Part shown: piece by piece, positions 48,701 to 63,325 of the stretch
Position numbering within the stretch: position 1 is the stretch's first letter
Layout: each line of letters begins with the position of its first letter
Source: Antedon mediterranea
Lineage: Eukaryota; Animalia; Echinodermata
Assembly: GCF_964355755.1 (NCBI RefSeq)
Contig: NC_092670.1
Coordinates: forward strand, 23,236,795 to 23,300,794
Direction of reading: 5' to 3'
DNA length: 64,000 nt
Notes under the pieces: generated by a model
Databases searched by the model: none
Seen by the model: only the letters and a program-made list of their open reading frames with translations
Told to the model about the DNA's origin: nothing
Program-made: the position numbers and the translations under genes

Positions 48701-51700
48701 TAATAAACTGGGATTTTTTAAAATTTTACAAATTTGCAAGAATTTATGATTATAATTTATTATCATTAACTTAGACTAAGGAATATGGTTTTCCCGAAAT
48801 TAGGCACTTCTTTCTAGCTTATCTTACTTTATCATTTCGATTTTTGCTTATTTTATTAATATCTCCATTGAGATCCAGCCACAGATAACCACAGAATTGT
48901 TATTTTTTTAGTTATTTTCATAGAGTGCTTTGAGATGAGAAAGAATATAAGCCAAACAGGAGCTGCCTGGACCCCTATACAGAATACATTGATCGGTTAA
49001 ATTATATGGAAAGCAATCTGCAGCATCTTCCATGCATACTTAAAATAAATGCATTTGCACTACTGTAACCATAGGCCATATTGCATATTAAGTAGTTATA
49101 GTTCCATCTTAAAGTGTTTCCAATGGTTGCCGTGTAACAACCAAAACATTAGGTATCATAGCAAAAGTAATTATTGTATTTTAAAGGTCATATAAGGTCA
49201 CACGACTTATACTTTAATTAGTTTTATGATACGGTGGATATTAAAAATATGTATTTTATTGCCTACAAACAATATCAGGATTTTAAAAATACAATGGGGT
49301 AAAAATCCAAACAACTCACAATATGAAATATCATCATTTAATCTCAATAAGAAATTTTACATACTCAATGTATTTTTTACATTATTTTTCCCTCATTTAT
49401 TTAAAATATGTCTTATACTCGCCTACAGTTTATTATAAGCTTCTGTCCGCATTAACATTAATCTTTGCAGATACTTTTCTGGCGAATTGCAGTAGCAAAC
49501 CGCAAAAAAGCATTAGCTATAATCTGTGATAATAATATAACTGTTCAGACTATCTATCTATATATTATCAAACATGGTTTTAAAGAAATAAAAAAATATA
49601 ATAATAGTTACCTTGATAATATTAACAAAACACAGAAACTGTACTTCTCCTAAGTTCTCGTTGATGTGTTCAAAGTTAAGCTGATCAAGGGTTGTTGTGT
49701 TTTGTGGATGGCTTTGGCATGCAAAAAACTGGAACACTCTGCATTCTATACAAATAATTAGAATGATTAAACGCCCTGTTCAGGTTTTGTGAGCAAGATT
49801 TGCTGGACTATAATGGTATTAAAAATGGTATTTTAAAGGAAAATACACATAAAATAAACAGTAATCTAGTATAGTGGGTTAGGCCTAGCTATTAAAACCA
49901 TAGGCAAAGAGCAATAAAAAGCTATATTTTGTCAATTGGAGGCACAATTTTATTTGACCTTATTGTGTTTAGTTATTAATAGTAGTTATCTTTCTATATA
50001 TCAATAATTTGGTATTTGTTTGATTTTTATATTTGGAAAACAAGTATTAAAAAATAAGAATTTGGCTTTCAGCTTGTTCAGTGAAAAAAAATGTGGTTTT
50101 AAAAAGTAATGAGTTTATAATGGAAAATGAACAGTAATGTTCAGTTCTATATAATTGACTGCATTAATAATAAGGCTTTCTGGTCGTCCATTGAAAGGAA
50201 ATATATTTTAGCTCCATGGTATAGTGAATGTGACAGTTTTTATTATTCATAAAAGAAAATTAAGAGCGATATTCAGTTCTTATTGGTTATAAAGGTTCAT
50301 ACAGTATGACATTACCTGTACACGCACATTACTATGTAATAAGGAGTTGTTAAAGCTGCAACAACATTATGATTATTAAGAGGAAACTAATGCAAAAAGT
50401 ATGCTCCATGGCTTCTTTTAGAAATAAAATCTCAATTTAATAAGAAAATAATTCTGTTTTAAAGCCAATTATTTTTCGTTCACAGCTCATTACAGAATAA
50501 AAACAGCACCCATCTGTCTGCAATCATTGGCACATAAGACATTATATCATAATTAATTATATTATAATTATTATTACTTATTAATTTATGTTATAAAAGG
50601 CATGGTTTCCTTACCATTGGAATTTGAATATAGAGCATCCTTGAATACTTTGAAGAATACCTAAATACAGAAAAAAATTATTATTTAATGCATTAACAAA
50701 TTATTTTTTAAAAAATTCAGTCAATTTCTAAAAGTACTGTACAGCTTTTAAAACACAAATTTCCCTGCTTAGGAATATGTAAACTGGCAAATAAACAATG
50801 CAATATTATTCCATAGAAACAAAACATTGTTTAGAAAACTAAACAGTTTGTTAACATCTATTTGAAGCGAAATTCACAGTAAATTTCTAAAGTACCGCTT
50901 AAAACACACATTTCCCTGCTTAGGAATATGTAAACTGGCAAATAAACAATGCAATATTATTCCATAGAAACAAAACATTGTTTAGAAAACTAAACAGTTT
51001 ATTAACATCTATTTGAAGCGAAATTCACAGTAAATTTCTAAAGTACCGCTTAAAACACAAATTTCCCTGCTTAGGAATATGTAAACTGGCAAATAAACAA
51101 TGCAATATTATTCCATAGAAACAAAACATTGTTTAGAAAACTAAACAGTTTATTAACATCTATTTGAAGTGAAATTCACGGTAAATTTCTAAAGTACAGC
51201 TTAAAAAAACCAAACTAACCAGCTGGGAATATGTAAACTAGCAAATAAATAATACAAATTATGCTATATTATTCCATAGAAAACAAAACATTACTGTTTA
51301 GAAAACTAAACAGTTTCAGACATAATGGCCGTACAATATTATGTGAAACCAACAAAATATGGAAAGCATAATCATTTCTTTCAAAAACATTATTGATCAA
51401 AAATGCATCTCCCGTTGATAGGATATGAAACCGAATGCTGATGTTGCAAGTAGATCAGACAATGCTTAGTATTCACGGCAGACAATGAAGATACACGTAC
51501 CGTCTTTAGTACCATCTTATTATAATATACATCAGTCAAATAAGATAATATCACAAATGTCAGATACAAATGTAATCACAATTTTTTTTTTTTTTTTTTT
51601 TGCATTTTTATCCTTTACAATACAAAAATAGTTTTGGAAAATTCATTACTGTAGATAATTTGCTTTGTTTATAAATTTGATATTATTTCTTAATTTTTTT

Positions 51701-54700
51701 ATTTTTCACAATAATGAAACAAGCTGATATGGAATAATTTAGTCAACATTTAATAAAATATTAATATCTAAAGTCTTGTATTGTATATGATATATAATAT
51801 GCTAGAAGAATTGTGAAGAAATGAAACAATGTTTAGAGAATTAGATCTGTCAAGATAATCAGCAGTTTGTTGTGTGTGAACAGATATCTATGAATTATAT
51901 TACATAGTATCTCTTCCACAGCTTCAAAAAGCCAGTGTGTGAACAGATGTCTATGAATTATATTACACAGTATCTCTTCCACAACTTCAAAAAGCCAGTG
52001 TGTGAACAGATGTCTATGAATTATATTACACAGTATCGCTTCCGCAACTTTAAAAAGCCAGTGTGTGAACAGATGTCTATGAATTATATTACACAGTATC
52101 TCTTCCACAACTGTAAAAGGCCAGTGTGTGAACACACAATTTTATCTTGATAAGATTTCTAAATGTAAAAATAGAAACTAACCTCCTCATCTCCAAGATC
52201 TTCGTAATCTTCAACTATAAAGAAAATAACATTAACAACAATTATTAATTGAAATACCGTAGTTCCCCGGGTATAATCCCACCCCCCTTGTACGTGAAAT
52301 TTGCCCGAATTTGAGAGGTGGGACTATACCCGGGGATTTCTCGGTGCATGAACTGAAAATGACAATATTTCTTCTGGCTACGATTTAGGCTATCTAAAGC
52401 TATATTCCGATGTAGGCCTAGACATTAGACTGCCAGGTCATCTAGGCCTAGGCGGCCTAATTGGTCTATGCCTACTGTATAGATTTTCTCCAAGATTTCT
52501 ACTTAAAAAATACCCTAAAATGTGATCTAGGCCTGGCTTCCTAAATAATATCGACATAACTCATACGAGTTCTCCGTCTCTCCCGATTCCCCACGCTCGA
52601 GCTCTGTGCAAATCGCATGTTGTTGCATGCGACACGAACTACAGTACTGCTCCGGTCGGTATAGAGGGCGATGTTTTTTTATGGTAATCAAGCATGCAGT
52701 AGTGTAAACAAGGCATGCAGAATGTACACGGCGAGCGAGTGTGCGGCGAATGCATGATGTGCAGAACGCGAAGATCGGGGCGATAATATTAAGGTTGTAT
52801 TCAACTTTACGATGGCCAATGTTTGATGAGTTTTAAGTAAGCCGAATTCAGAGAAATTACTCTATATTTTGGTGAGAATTTCATTTAAAAAAATCGACGT
52901 CGGCCTAGCTAGCTAGGCCTACCTCTGTCCTAATGATAAATTATACACTGGGACTTTGCCCGGGGATATGCTTGCGTGCGAAGGTAATCGTAAAGTCGGG
53001 GGTGGGATTATACTCGAGGTGGGATTATACCCGAGGAACTACGGTATTTATATTTAATAATCAATATTTTGTTTTGGTTTTAATATATTTATTGTATAGT
53101 ATTACTTGGTTTCCATTATGAAAATTCAAACTAATTTATTGTGTTACTTATAATAGAATCAATATGGTTGTTACACTAGGAAAATCCTTATTCCTCTGAC
53201 GCATGTAAAACTGTATGAATTATTAAACAAAATCAATCACATTTTACAGAATTCTATAGATGATATATTGAGGAGGCATTTGATATTATTTCATAGAAGA
53301 TCTATCTGATTTTAATTGTTTTAAACTATTTACTGTTTATTTGATATTTTACACCTATATACAGGTACAAGGGTTTTTTTAATGACGTGGTCATTCATTA
53401 ATTAACACTAATTTGAGACCAAGACTGTTGAAAGCCACTAGAAGACCATCATAAGAGTTTCTATAATTGAGAATGACCTTTTTATATCCTAGTATTTTAT
53501 CAAACCTGTGTGAAAGCAACCTACAGTACTTGGGGGATACACAAAGTGTACAGCAGAAAGACCTTACTGTTAGTAACAAGATGTAGGTTAGGAGTGGGTG
53601 AAATCTAAGGATTGATAGAGGGCTTAAATTCCTCTGTAAATGCGTTTTATTACATTTACAGTACTATAGACAATAATTTAAGCTGGTAAAGTTATCTGCC
53701 TCTCACCCAGCACAACGCCAATGCATCAATAATGACAAGAAATAAAGTAGCCTTTGAATTTATATATGAATACTTCTTTACACAGTGGTTGATTTAAGAT
53801 GAGACAGATACCAAATGTAATGCAATATACAGGTCAAAGTGTTTCAGTTAATAGAGGAACATGTACATGCACACCTGAAGTCGTATAAATCAAGTCACTT
53901 CTATAAGATTATAATGTTTGCTGTGGAATTTATTGCAGACTAAGTATGCAGGAGGCGTTAACAATATTTCTCTATTTACCACAGACATGTACTACATGAT
54001 ATATACCATTTATAGATTGTAGCCGTGTGTAGTTTGGAATATATCAGATCTTTTATAATGAACTTTCAAAATAGAAAGAACTTAACATTGATATTTACCT
54101 TTCTTGTAAATAAAGTATGCACGAGAGTTGTTGCAATGGATTTAACAAGCCAAACACTATTCAGTTATTCAGTATAGCAGACAGGATAATAGAAAATGAG
54201 ATGCAACAAGAATCTTAATAGATCTAGACAACAGGCTTACTTGCCAATTATACTAACAGACTTGATTCTCATTGCGATGCCTCTTTTTTTTCATACTACC
54301 TTCAAGCACTGAATATGAGATGATGGCATACATAGTAATCAAACCTCTAGTATATTTTTAAGCAAAATAAGTGGACATTTGAACGCTAAGAATAGGCCAT
54401 TTTGGTACAGTTCAATGGTGGAAGACAGCCTAAAAACGTGATTCTCATTGTGATGTCTATTTTTTCATACTAGCTTCAAGCACAGAATATGAGATGATGG
54501 CATACATAGTAATCAAACCTCTAGTATATTATTAATCAAAATAAGTGGAAAGTAGAAAGAACAGGCCATTTGGCACTATGATGGTTGGATACACCATGAC
54601 AAACTTGAATTTGCGGAAGTCTGGAGCCTGGTATAAGGAGATTTGACTACACAGTGTAGTTACCAATGTAGTATTGTATCCTGTAGATGTCATTCTGTGG

Positions 54701-54851
54701 TTGCCGTTTTGACGGGTAATGGCAGGTGCATAAAAAATACATATTTATATATTAAAATGTCTATAATATTATGTTTATACTTGCCTGATACTTTTGAAAC
54801 AAAGGCAGCGGTTATTTCGCGGAACTTTTCTGTGCTTACATCATCAGTGTT
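45794..54851 (-). CDS. TNRC6: Predicted small 5' coding exons of TNRC6: 54851-54785, 52214-52183, 50660-50615, 49745-49612, 48027-47914, 47627-47532, 46440-46416, 45919-45794; start codon lies beyond the window
   Basis: Each exon has a polypyrimidine-AG acceptor and a GT donor (one GC). They join in one open frame into exon 43655: NTDDVSTEKFREITAAFVSKVSV-EDYEDLGDEE-VFFKVFKDALYSNSNE-CRVF...IIK-NRRLKRKPVP...FRIQ-IGNES...VIK-APLEQKAKE-IEQTKVQVVSPWP...TQA. Individual middle exons are less certain. Confidence 0.65.
47752..47875. mobile_element. MITE family A copy
   Basis: aagctctgtctacactat...ataaagtttgatagtgtagccaaagc. Confidence 0.8.
50725..51320. repeat. 151-bp tandem repeat, ~4 copies
   Basis: ttccctgcttaggaatatgtaaactggc recurs at 50761, 50912 and 51063, with a degenerate fourth copy. 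Confidence 0.95.
51872..52133. repeat. 63-bp tandem repeat, ~4 copies
   Basis: gtgtgtgaacagatgtctatgaattatattacacagtatctcttccacaacttcaaaaagcca recurs at 63-bp spacing. Confidence 0.95.
52257..53044. mobile_element. ~790-bp non-autonomous Tc1/mariner (pogo/Tigger-like) element with TA target duplication
   Basis: ta|ccgtagttccccgggtataatcccacc pairs with ggtgggattatacccgaggaactacgg|ta; there are subterminal repeats of ggtgggattatac. Confidence 0.85.
54262..54572. repeat. Local direct duplication (~135 bp, ~177-bp spacing)
   Basis: tgattctcattg.gatg...ttcaagcac.gaatatgagatgatggcatacatagtaatcaaacctctagtatatt...aaataagtgga occurs twice. Confidence 0.85.
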
Positions 54852-57800
54852 CTGTAAAATATAAAAATAATAAATTTATTAATTATAAATATTATTATCA
54901 ACAATCACGTCATCAAATTCTTTTTCCCATGCTTGTGTATATGACATTTCCCATAATGCATTCTACCATGTAGCACAATTCTAATGATACTGTATTTTGT
55001 GAGCACAAATACAGTATAATCTTATAATTATATTTTTTAACCTATAGTTATTATCAATCATATAAATAATTATTGGGATTTATGCAACAAAAATAAATTC
55101 AATGTGATTAATAATGATTATAGACATTTTTTTGTTCTAGAATTTATATTAATTAGAATTATAATATACAGTGATGACCTAAATACCTTGAGGCCGTTCA
55201 ATAATTATGACAAGACAAATTGCTGAGATAATTTGTATAGCTTCATTAATATGACACAGATATAAATACACCAATAAATGCTTAATGAACTCTTAGGTAT
55301 GTACTTTAAATAGACTTGTGCGTACCATACATAATATCAAATATAACAAACATTTTCAGTAATTACAATAAACTGTAATAATGATGGTATGCTGATATAA
55401 TTAAAGTTGCCAGAAGCTGTTCAGAATGAGGTTATTTGCAGCCTAGGCCCAATGCATTTGTTGTATGTCCCTGTTAATTTGCTGCTGACACCACTAGGCC
55501 TACAGTAGCTACTTGGTCTAATTGCAAAATAAAACTAAATGTAAACATATTTACTGTAGTAGCCAACCATAATTTGTACAATGTATTTTATTATTAGTCT
55601 TTTTCATAATCAAATGGTAACTAGAATTATTTTCTATTTGACAAATTAAGGTGATTGAAGATAAAGATATATATATGTAGTCATACTTTTTCGCTGCAAT
55701 GTTTTGCGCACAAAATTTAAAATAAAAACAATCAATTACATTATAAATATATTAATTTATTAAATTATATTGATTAGAAACTATAGATAGATAAAATGTA
55801 AATTTCTTTAGTCTATATTCGTATTAACATCTGTGACTTTTCCTAGAAATCCTAGATATATTTAATGAGTAAATAAATTAAAGAATCGTTATTATATTCA
55901 TAATGAACATGGTGGTAGGTAGTATCGACATGCTAGTATTAAAGGTTAATCCAGTATAGATGAGAATCCTCTAAACCTTGTATTGTTATGCAAATATAAC
56001 ATAACCACTGAGGTGGTACAACTATATAATACTACACAATAAACCGTATTGAATAAAAGGTATTGATAACAATTTGACAGTACTGTAATATGTGTGTGTT
56101 AACTCAATGAATTTGTTATTATTTGTGTACAAAATTTGAATATGAATAGTGCAAATTAAACATAGATTCTTATTTGGGATTGTTTGTGTATTTTTGTTTT
56201 GATGTTTAGTAGTGTAGGTAGTAGTTAGTAGTGTAATTTACTGTAACAAAAATATGATTTTTAATAAAACAACATTTTTACATAAGAATGGTGTAGTTTT
56301 TGTATATTTAAAGACATTTTGTGAAATGTAGTATTTACAGTATCATAATTATGAATTTGAATGAAAAATATAGATTTTAATCCTTTTTACTTTTACAATT
56401 TTATTGTTTGTTAGGCAGGATAGTCAGATGCTCACATCATTATGACACATAAATATCTAGCTTGTCTTGACAAGTTAGTGAAACAGTGTGGTGATGTGAG
56501 ATTCCGTTTTCGGACTTTTTTTCTGTTGTCTTGATCAATTTATTCCGTTTATTAGGCCTTTTCCTGGTTTATTTTACATCAACATTTTCATTTTCACACT
56601 TGTGCTAAACAGCGCATAGAGACTATTTGTATTTTGCGCTATATAAATTTAAAACGATTAACCATTAAAAAATGAATATTAAAATAAATACTGTTCTGTT
56701 AGTCTTGGAACAAGTAAAGTTTGATTTAACATTACGAACACGACCTTAGCAAGTCTACCAATAGTAAGTGTTTTGAATAGTAGCCTTAATTAATCCTAAA
56801 TTAAATCAATTTCAATATTATTGCAACATATTGTGAACAGTTGCCAACCTATGACTAATTTCACCCAAAAAAAATGGTGTTAACTTTCTGGAAATCATCC
56901 AAGCTGAATTTTCAAATCCGGTACTGAAAAACCACTTCGCAATATGTAACGATATTCATAAACATGATGGGTCAATATGTAACCTTAAGGTCATGGGTCA
57001 CAGAATGTTATATCAGAAACTATTGTGGGTAAATACATTTACAAGATTAAACAAACAAATTAATCAATTTTAATGATTCTAATTTTTTTTGGTTTTAAAA
57101 TCTAAACATTATTTACGTAAAGCAATAATTTTCAAAGGTTTTGTGTTTGAAATGTTTGTATCAAACATACAGTACCATCACTAGGCTGAAAACCTTGGCT
57201 TGTTTACTTATATTGTTTTAGACAGTAGTCTGTATGATGTAGTGTTGTGATAGGCTTTAAATTGAATTGCGGTGAGGTGTCTATTTCAATATTTATGTTA
57301 GATACAAATACTGACAAAATTAACTAGTAAATCAAATTATTATAATGTTGATACTGTAGACATGTGAATCATAGTAGACCTAAATAGTACAATTTTACTG
57401 TTACAGTACATGACAAATTAGCAGCAGTGTTGAGTGTGTGTGTTTTTGGTTTGCAGTCAGCAGACATTTTAAACATGGCTGAACAACAGTACACCACCGA
57501 GAGCTGCTGCAGTCTAATCCTAGCTACATGACCTTGTACCACCATTAGGCAGTGTTCTCACAAGCTACGACAGATCAAGCTAAACTACAGTATTATGCTA
57601 GAGGTTACCTTGATATCATTAAGTCTTCATTAAACAACAGTATGTAGAATAGCTTTGTGAGGAGGTATACTGCAGTTATATTGTCCCTTGATACACGTTC
57701 ACTAAACTGCTTATTACACTACGGTAAATGTCTTTTTTTTAGCCTGGAAGTTAATGCTATGCAAAACCAAATTTGATTCGTCAATTCTATCACATGATCA

Positions 57801-60800
57801 GACATTCCAGGTTGAACCAACCAGGTTGCTTGGTTGTTGCTTATGTCTGTGTCGTGCTTAGTGAAGCGTTTACTTTACTGACTGCTACAACTACAAGTGA
57901 TATATCCAGGACAGTTACAACGGCTCAATACCGTTTGAAGAGTTTAATAATATCAGTAGAATCTTAAGTTTGTTTGATTGAAACTGAAACTTGAACTAAA
58001 ATCACACAAAACATTTCAAGCAAAGTAAGAAAAAATTGAGACTAAAAGCAGGAGAAAAAAAAACACATATTGAGACAGATTTATTTTTTAAGAATAGATA
58101 CAAAAAAAAATACATTTTGAATTTGAAAAAGGAAAAACATTCAAGTCTCACTTTTTTTTAAAATTAATTTTGAGGGGGAAAAAAATTAAACAAAGACTTA
58201 AGTTTGATCAACCACAAAAAAGAAACCCACTCAAATAAGTATTCAAGAGTAGACAGCTATTACTACCTTTATTAATCAATATATTTATTACATAGCAATG
58301 GCAATTTTACTCTTTATTCCAACCTAAAAAATTCATAAATAGCATGCATATAAAATATAAGCTTTAAACAAATCTACTGTACAAAGCGACCAATCAATTT
58401 CCTTTAATATCACAGCCTTTTTTAATACTGCTATTCAATTATTGCAAGTAATATAATGTTTATTGTATAAATTCTATTACAAATTTCCATTTTGTGATAC
58501 AGTTGACCCAAAACCTTCCCAGACACATCAATAATGAATTAGGAATTAAAAAAAAGAAGCATTGATCATGCAGAACAAAATCTAAATAACAAAACATAGC
58601 AACAGAATGAAGTGCAGTACTGTAGTAGAAGGTTACTAAATTATAGACACTGAATTATGTTTTTCAAATGAGCTTGATACTGTAATGGTATGCCTTCAGA
58701 AACCATTCAATAGTTTGTTCCAAATGATTATAAATAAACATTAACAAAAAAACCTAGAAGACTACGGGGCCGTTTCTACTGAGCAAGGAAATCCGGATTT
58801 AAATACCATACTTTTTTTTAAAGAATGGTGTTTTCTTACCAAAAGAAATGGGTCTTCATAAAAAGTACCGCTTTTCATTTCATTCATTTTACTTTTATTT
58901 CGTAAATGTCCATACAGTAGTTACAAAATCAATTGCATAAATAAGTTAAATAAAAAAGGCAGATACACACACAAAAAAGATCATCTTAGGATCTCCCTCA
59001 TTTTTTATGGAGCCTGGATGATTCAAATGATGATATCATACAATACATTATATCATTCCATTTTTGGTAGCTGAAATTTTCTGTAACAATGAAAAGATAT
59101 TCCCCAAAAGACGGGACGGCATTATGGTTTTCAAACACCAATTGATTCTATGCTCGATAGTCTTACAGGTTTTTAAAAGGCTTTTCAGATCTTCCTTATA
59201 AAACAAAACTGGTTTTGAAGAAAATATTTTTCTTAAAATTTGCTGATAGAAATAGACCCTAAAATAGCCTAGAATTATTTTTGAATGTGACTAAATCAGG
59301 TTTCTGCACTACACTACTGTTTTCTCAATATCAGAAAAACACCATTTTGGTTAAATATACAATGTTACGATATGGTAATGCAAAGTTCTAAAACTGTGTG
59401 TACAAAAGATAGTACAGTTATCTAACCCTTCTACTAAATTAAACAAACAGAAACGGTGTTGGTAGTCTATGTATGAGTTGTCAGCTTTACCTGGATAAAC
59501 ATTAGCCTCTTTCCCACGAAGTGGAGGGCAATTAAGAGAAGAAAAAATTGTTAGTGGAACACTCTTACTTGTACTCTTGTCTAAATTCAACCACTAAACC
59601 AACGCTATTTATGCCGATACTCCACAACAGATGCAGCAACATTCACAACAATGTAATGTTCAGATGTACAGTAATAACAAGTCTTGTTCATATTCAGCCT
59701 ACAACTTTGTACAGACATTTAGCTGGAGTAGGCAGGTACTTAACTTGTAAATATATTGTACTGTAGAAGTACACATTACAGTGTCAGTTTGCTAGTAGTG
59801 GCCTGAGCATGATTGTAGGATAGCAACAAAGTCAATAATCTAACAAATGAATGTAAACAACGATATAATGGTAGTTTCCACGCCCAAGTATTTAAATGTA
59901 AACAGAATTATTGTCAACATTTACAGTAGCTGTTGATTATGACATTTTATCAGTGTAAAACTTTAAGTCTAAGTTTATAATTTCATAAAATGTTCATATA
60001 ATCGTTATTTTAGCAAAAAAAATCATATTTTTTAAAATTTGATTATACAGCACTAGTTTTATTATATTGCATAGAAAAAATTAATATTAAAAAAATAAAA
60101 ATAAATTATTATTGGTATTTTATACTACAGATACTAGCCTTCAATACATTATATTACCAGCTTGTTGTAATGGCGTTTAAGATGTACAGAGACGTCATCT
60201 AAGTGTTTTACGATGGAACATATGTCAAGTTATTTCAACATTAAAAAATCATATTATTTAAATGCATTTCTTTTCTAAATAAATTTTTGGATGGTTTAAA
60301 GAACTCCAGTTTAAAAGTCCTATCTTGTGCAAGATTATTTATTTGTTGCCTCGTCCATTGGATAGGATGTTAAGCTTAAGGGTGTGTTTATGGAGTCTAA
60401 CATAATAAAATACAGTATTTTTATTGTTATTGCATTGTAATATGAAAAGCAAGGTTGTAGTGAATAAGTTTATGAGTAGATTATTGCAATGAGGATCACA
60501 TATCACCATAATTATATTCTAGTTCTACTAGTAACTACTGGATGTAGTATATTGTAATTAAAATAGTCATACTGTATGTGTAGTAATCCTTCTATAAGAT
60601 AATCTTTGGCTTCTTGATTGGAAATGTTCAACAAGGTCTCAAAGTAATGACATAATGCTCATTAATTTTATATTTCTATACATCAAGGGCAATATCAATC
60701 AAACTACTGTATCTCAGTCTAAGGTGCCAGCTAACGAACAAGTTTAAAATTTTAAGAATATTACAACACATTAAAATGAGCTACCTTTAAAAATGGTATG

Positions 60801-63325
60801 ATGCGTTTGAAATCTATTTCAGGAAGAAAATGATCCAATAATAAGAATTAGACTTATCAATTTCTACTTCTTTTCAGAATTCAGGAATCAGTCAAGCTTA
60901 GAAAGCTTTTACGATTTTAAATCTCAGATGTACAATAGGCGATTGAAGCCATGTAATTTTCTAGCCATCATTCCAATTACAAATCTAAGATCTCAATTAA
61001 CTGTGAAATTTGATGATTGCATTACATTAGTTCATCATTCTCTTTAAATCAGAAGAATCGTCTTTTAAAATCCAAAGATAAAATGCAAATTACTTAACAC
61101 AAAGACAAAATACGAGGCAACATTTTCACGTTCAGTACAATAGTGCTACACAAAACTACTTTATTACTACAATATACTAAATAGCAACAAAATACAAAAC
61201 TAAGCTATGTTTCACACTGTAAATTCAGATTGATGAGCAGTTATTGCTAATAATAAAAGTGGTGTTTACTATGCAAAATATCCGGGTTTTAGATGATTTA
61301 GTGTAAATCTTAGATTAAGACTGTATTACCATTCAATTAATAATGAAAAATACAATAAATTAAAACATGAAAATAAAGCATCACAATACAAAGATTAACC
61401 TTATAATTATATTGTCTTTTGATTTAAAAAAAAAACACTTCGGTTTTTGTGAAGACAGTCTTTTTATAATTTTAAATTATTTATCTTTATTTTTAGAATT
61501 ATAAATTAGAAAACAAATATAAATGGGAATAGTGTATTCTTAGCAGCTGTGAAATTGTCTTGTCAATTACTAACTACATCAGGCTATTAAAGTTTGCATG
61601 AATTTTACATACAACAATGTATATGTACTAGGCTTGTTACTGTAACACAATCTTGCAAAATTGGTTAAACTTGTTTCATTTTTCAATTAAAAACACAGGT
61701 TTAAAAATACAAAAGCATTACGTTTTTATGTAAACCTAAATAGAAAGTTAACAATGAATGGAGGGAACGCATCATGAGTATCAAAAACAGTAAATGTATT
61801 CTATTCACTTAAGTGAAATATTCCTCTTTTTATTAGTCTTAAATAGTAAGTATTTCACCTAAGTTAATGAATTAAAAAACTTCCAGTAATTGTTATTCAG
61901 AGAATATTTGTTGATATTTTAATGGCGTTTTCTGACTACTGTATGGCTTGAAAATAAGATACTTTACTGTACAACATTTGGTCACAATGATCTTGACTAC
62001 AACATTTGAATACCGAAAGGTCAAAGGTCGAAGCTTATACACATGTCTTTTGTTGGAGTAGAGAACGCTATATCACCAGAGGGATTGTAGGCAGGAAGCT
62101 GACCTAGCATTTCAAGCCTACTTTGAATGCATATAAAGCGTACATTTAAGGCTAGTCGATTGTGTTTCCTTCCTGCAGCTAATTTCATACTGATTGTGAA
62201 GCTAAATACGTCTGAGCTGATGTACAATCAAAGAGCATTTCATGGCTTGATATGCTGCTGTACAAACCACTTTAGGCTAGCCAACTGATTGTGCCTAGTG
62301 GGCTAATGAAAAATTAGCACTGCATTTCACAATCTATATTCACATTTAGTAGAATTCTGTGGCTATAATCGTCGCTAACAATTTGGATACACATTTTTAT
62401 TTTAATCTAATTCCTTTTTTCCAATTCTATCTAAAGCTCTGTCTACACTATCAAATATCAAACTAGTTTGACGAAAAAAGTATGTCAATCCAAGTATGGT
62501 AGTGATATGCTCAAATAATATAGTAGAAAAAAAGAAAAGAATATTCTTAATGTATTAACTTAGGTGAAATACTATACTGTATTATTTAAATATCCCAATC
62601 AGGGAGAAAAACTCTAGGTTAACTGTAGGCCGACAGCAGCTATCATTGTGTCTTTAATGTTAATGCAAATAAGCAAGCTGTTTTGATTAAAATGCAAGAT
62701 CATTAATTAAATGTAATATTTTTTTATTCATTTAATTTTAAAAGACACTTCACCGTGGCACTCACAAAGACTGTGGTGTGGTACAAAAAAACATCAACAT
62801 CATCAATAGTATAACTTTACTGTAGAAATAAGTACAGTATAAGAGTTAAAAGAAAAGAAATAAATTTAATACCATAAATACAAAGAAACGCAAGAGATAA
62901 AATAAATAACAAAAGATTTGTTTAGGTCTGATTGCAAGCAGCTCTAATTGTTTGTAGTTGTATGTAAACATATTCTGATACTTTATTCATATGATTGTAT
63001 ACATTTTTTTTGCAATTCTCACTCAAACAAATTGAAAACAAAACATAGATTAAAATGTTTAATACTGGTCACCATTCATATTTTTATATTACTATTATTG
63101 ATTATAAATAACACCTGCCCTAATACTAGACAACATGTCTAGTTAAATAGCAAAATGATGGCAACAATAATACATGAATAAAATATTTCAAAGCTTCAGG
63201 GACATTTTACAGTTTTTGTTGTTTTTTCTTTCAATTATGCGATAGATAGGTTAGGTTTAAAAGTAATGGATAAAAGTATTTAAGAAAAGATTTCTTCATG
63301 TTTTTATGAATATTGTTGCATGGTT

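Noticed and set aside
51833-52150. 100-aa and 71-aa repetitive ORFs
   Set aside because: Products of a 63-bp (21-codon) tandem repeat in an intron.
59351-59590. Minus-strand ORF with a CAG|gtaaag donor at ~59490 as a candidate HPD exon or first exon of TNRC6
   Set aside because: No HPD motif or J-domain helix pattern in any frame.
62021-62227. 68-aa minus-strand ORF
   Set aside because: No recognisable homology or convincing splice sites linking it to TNRC6.
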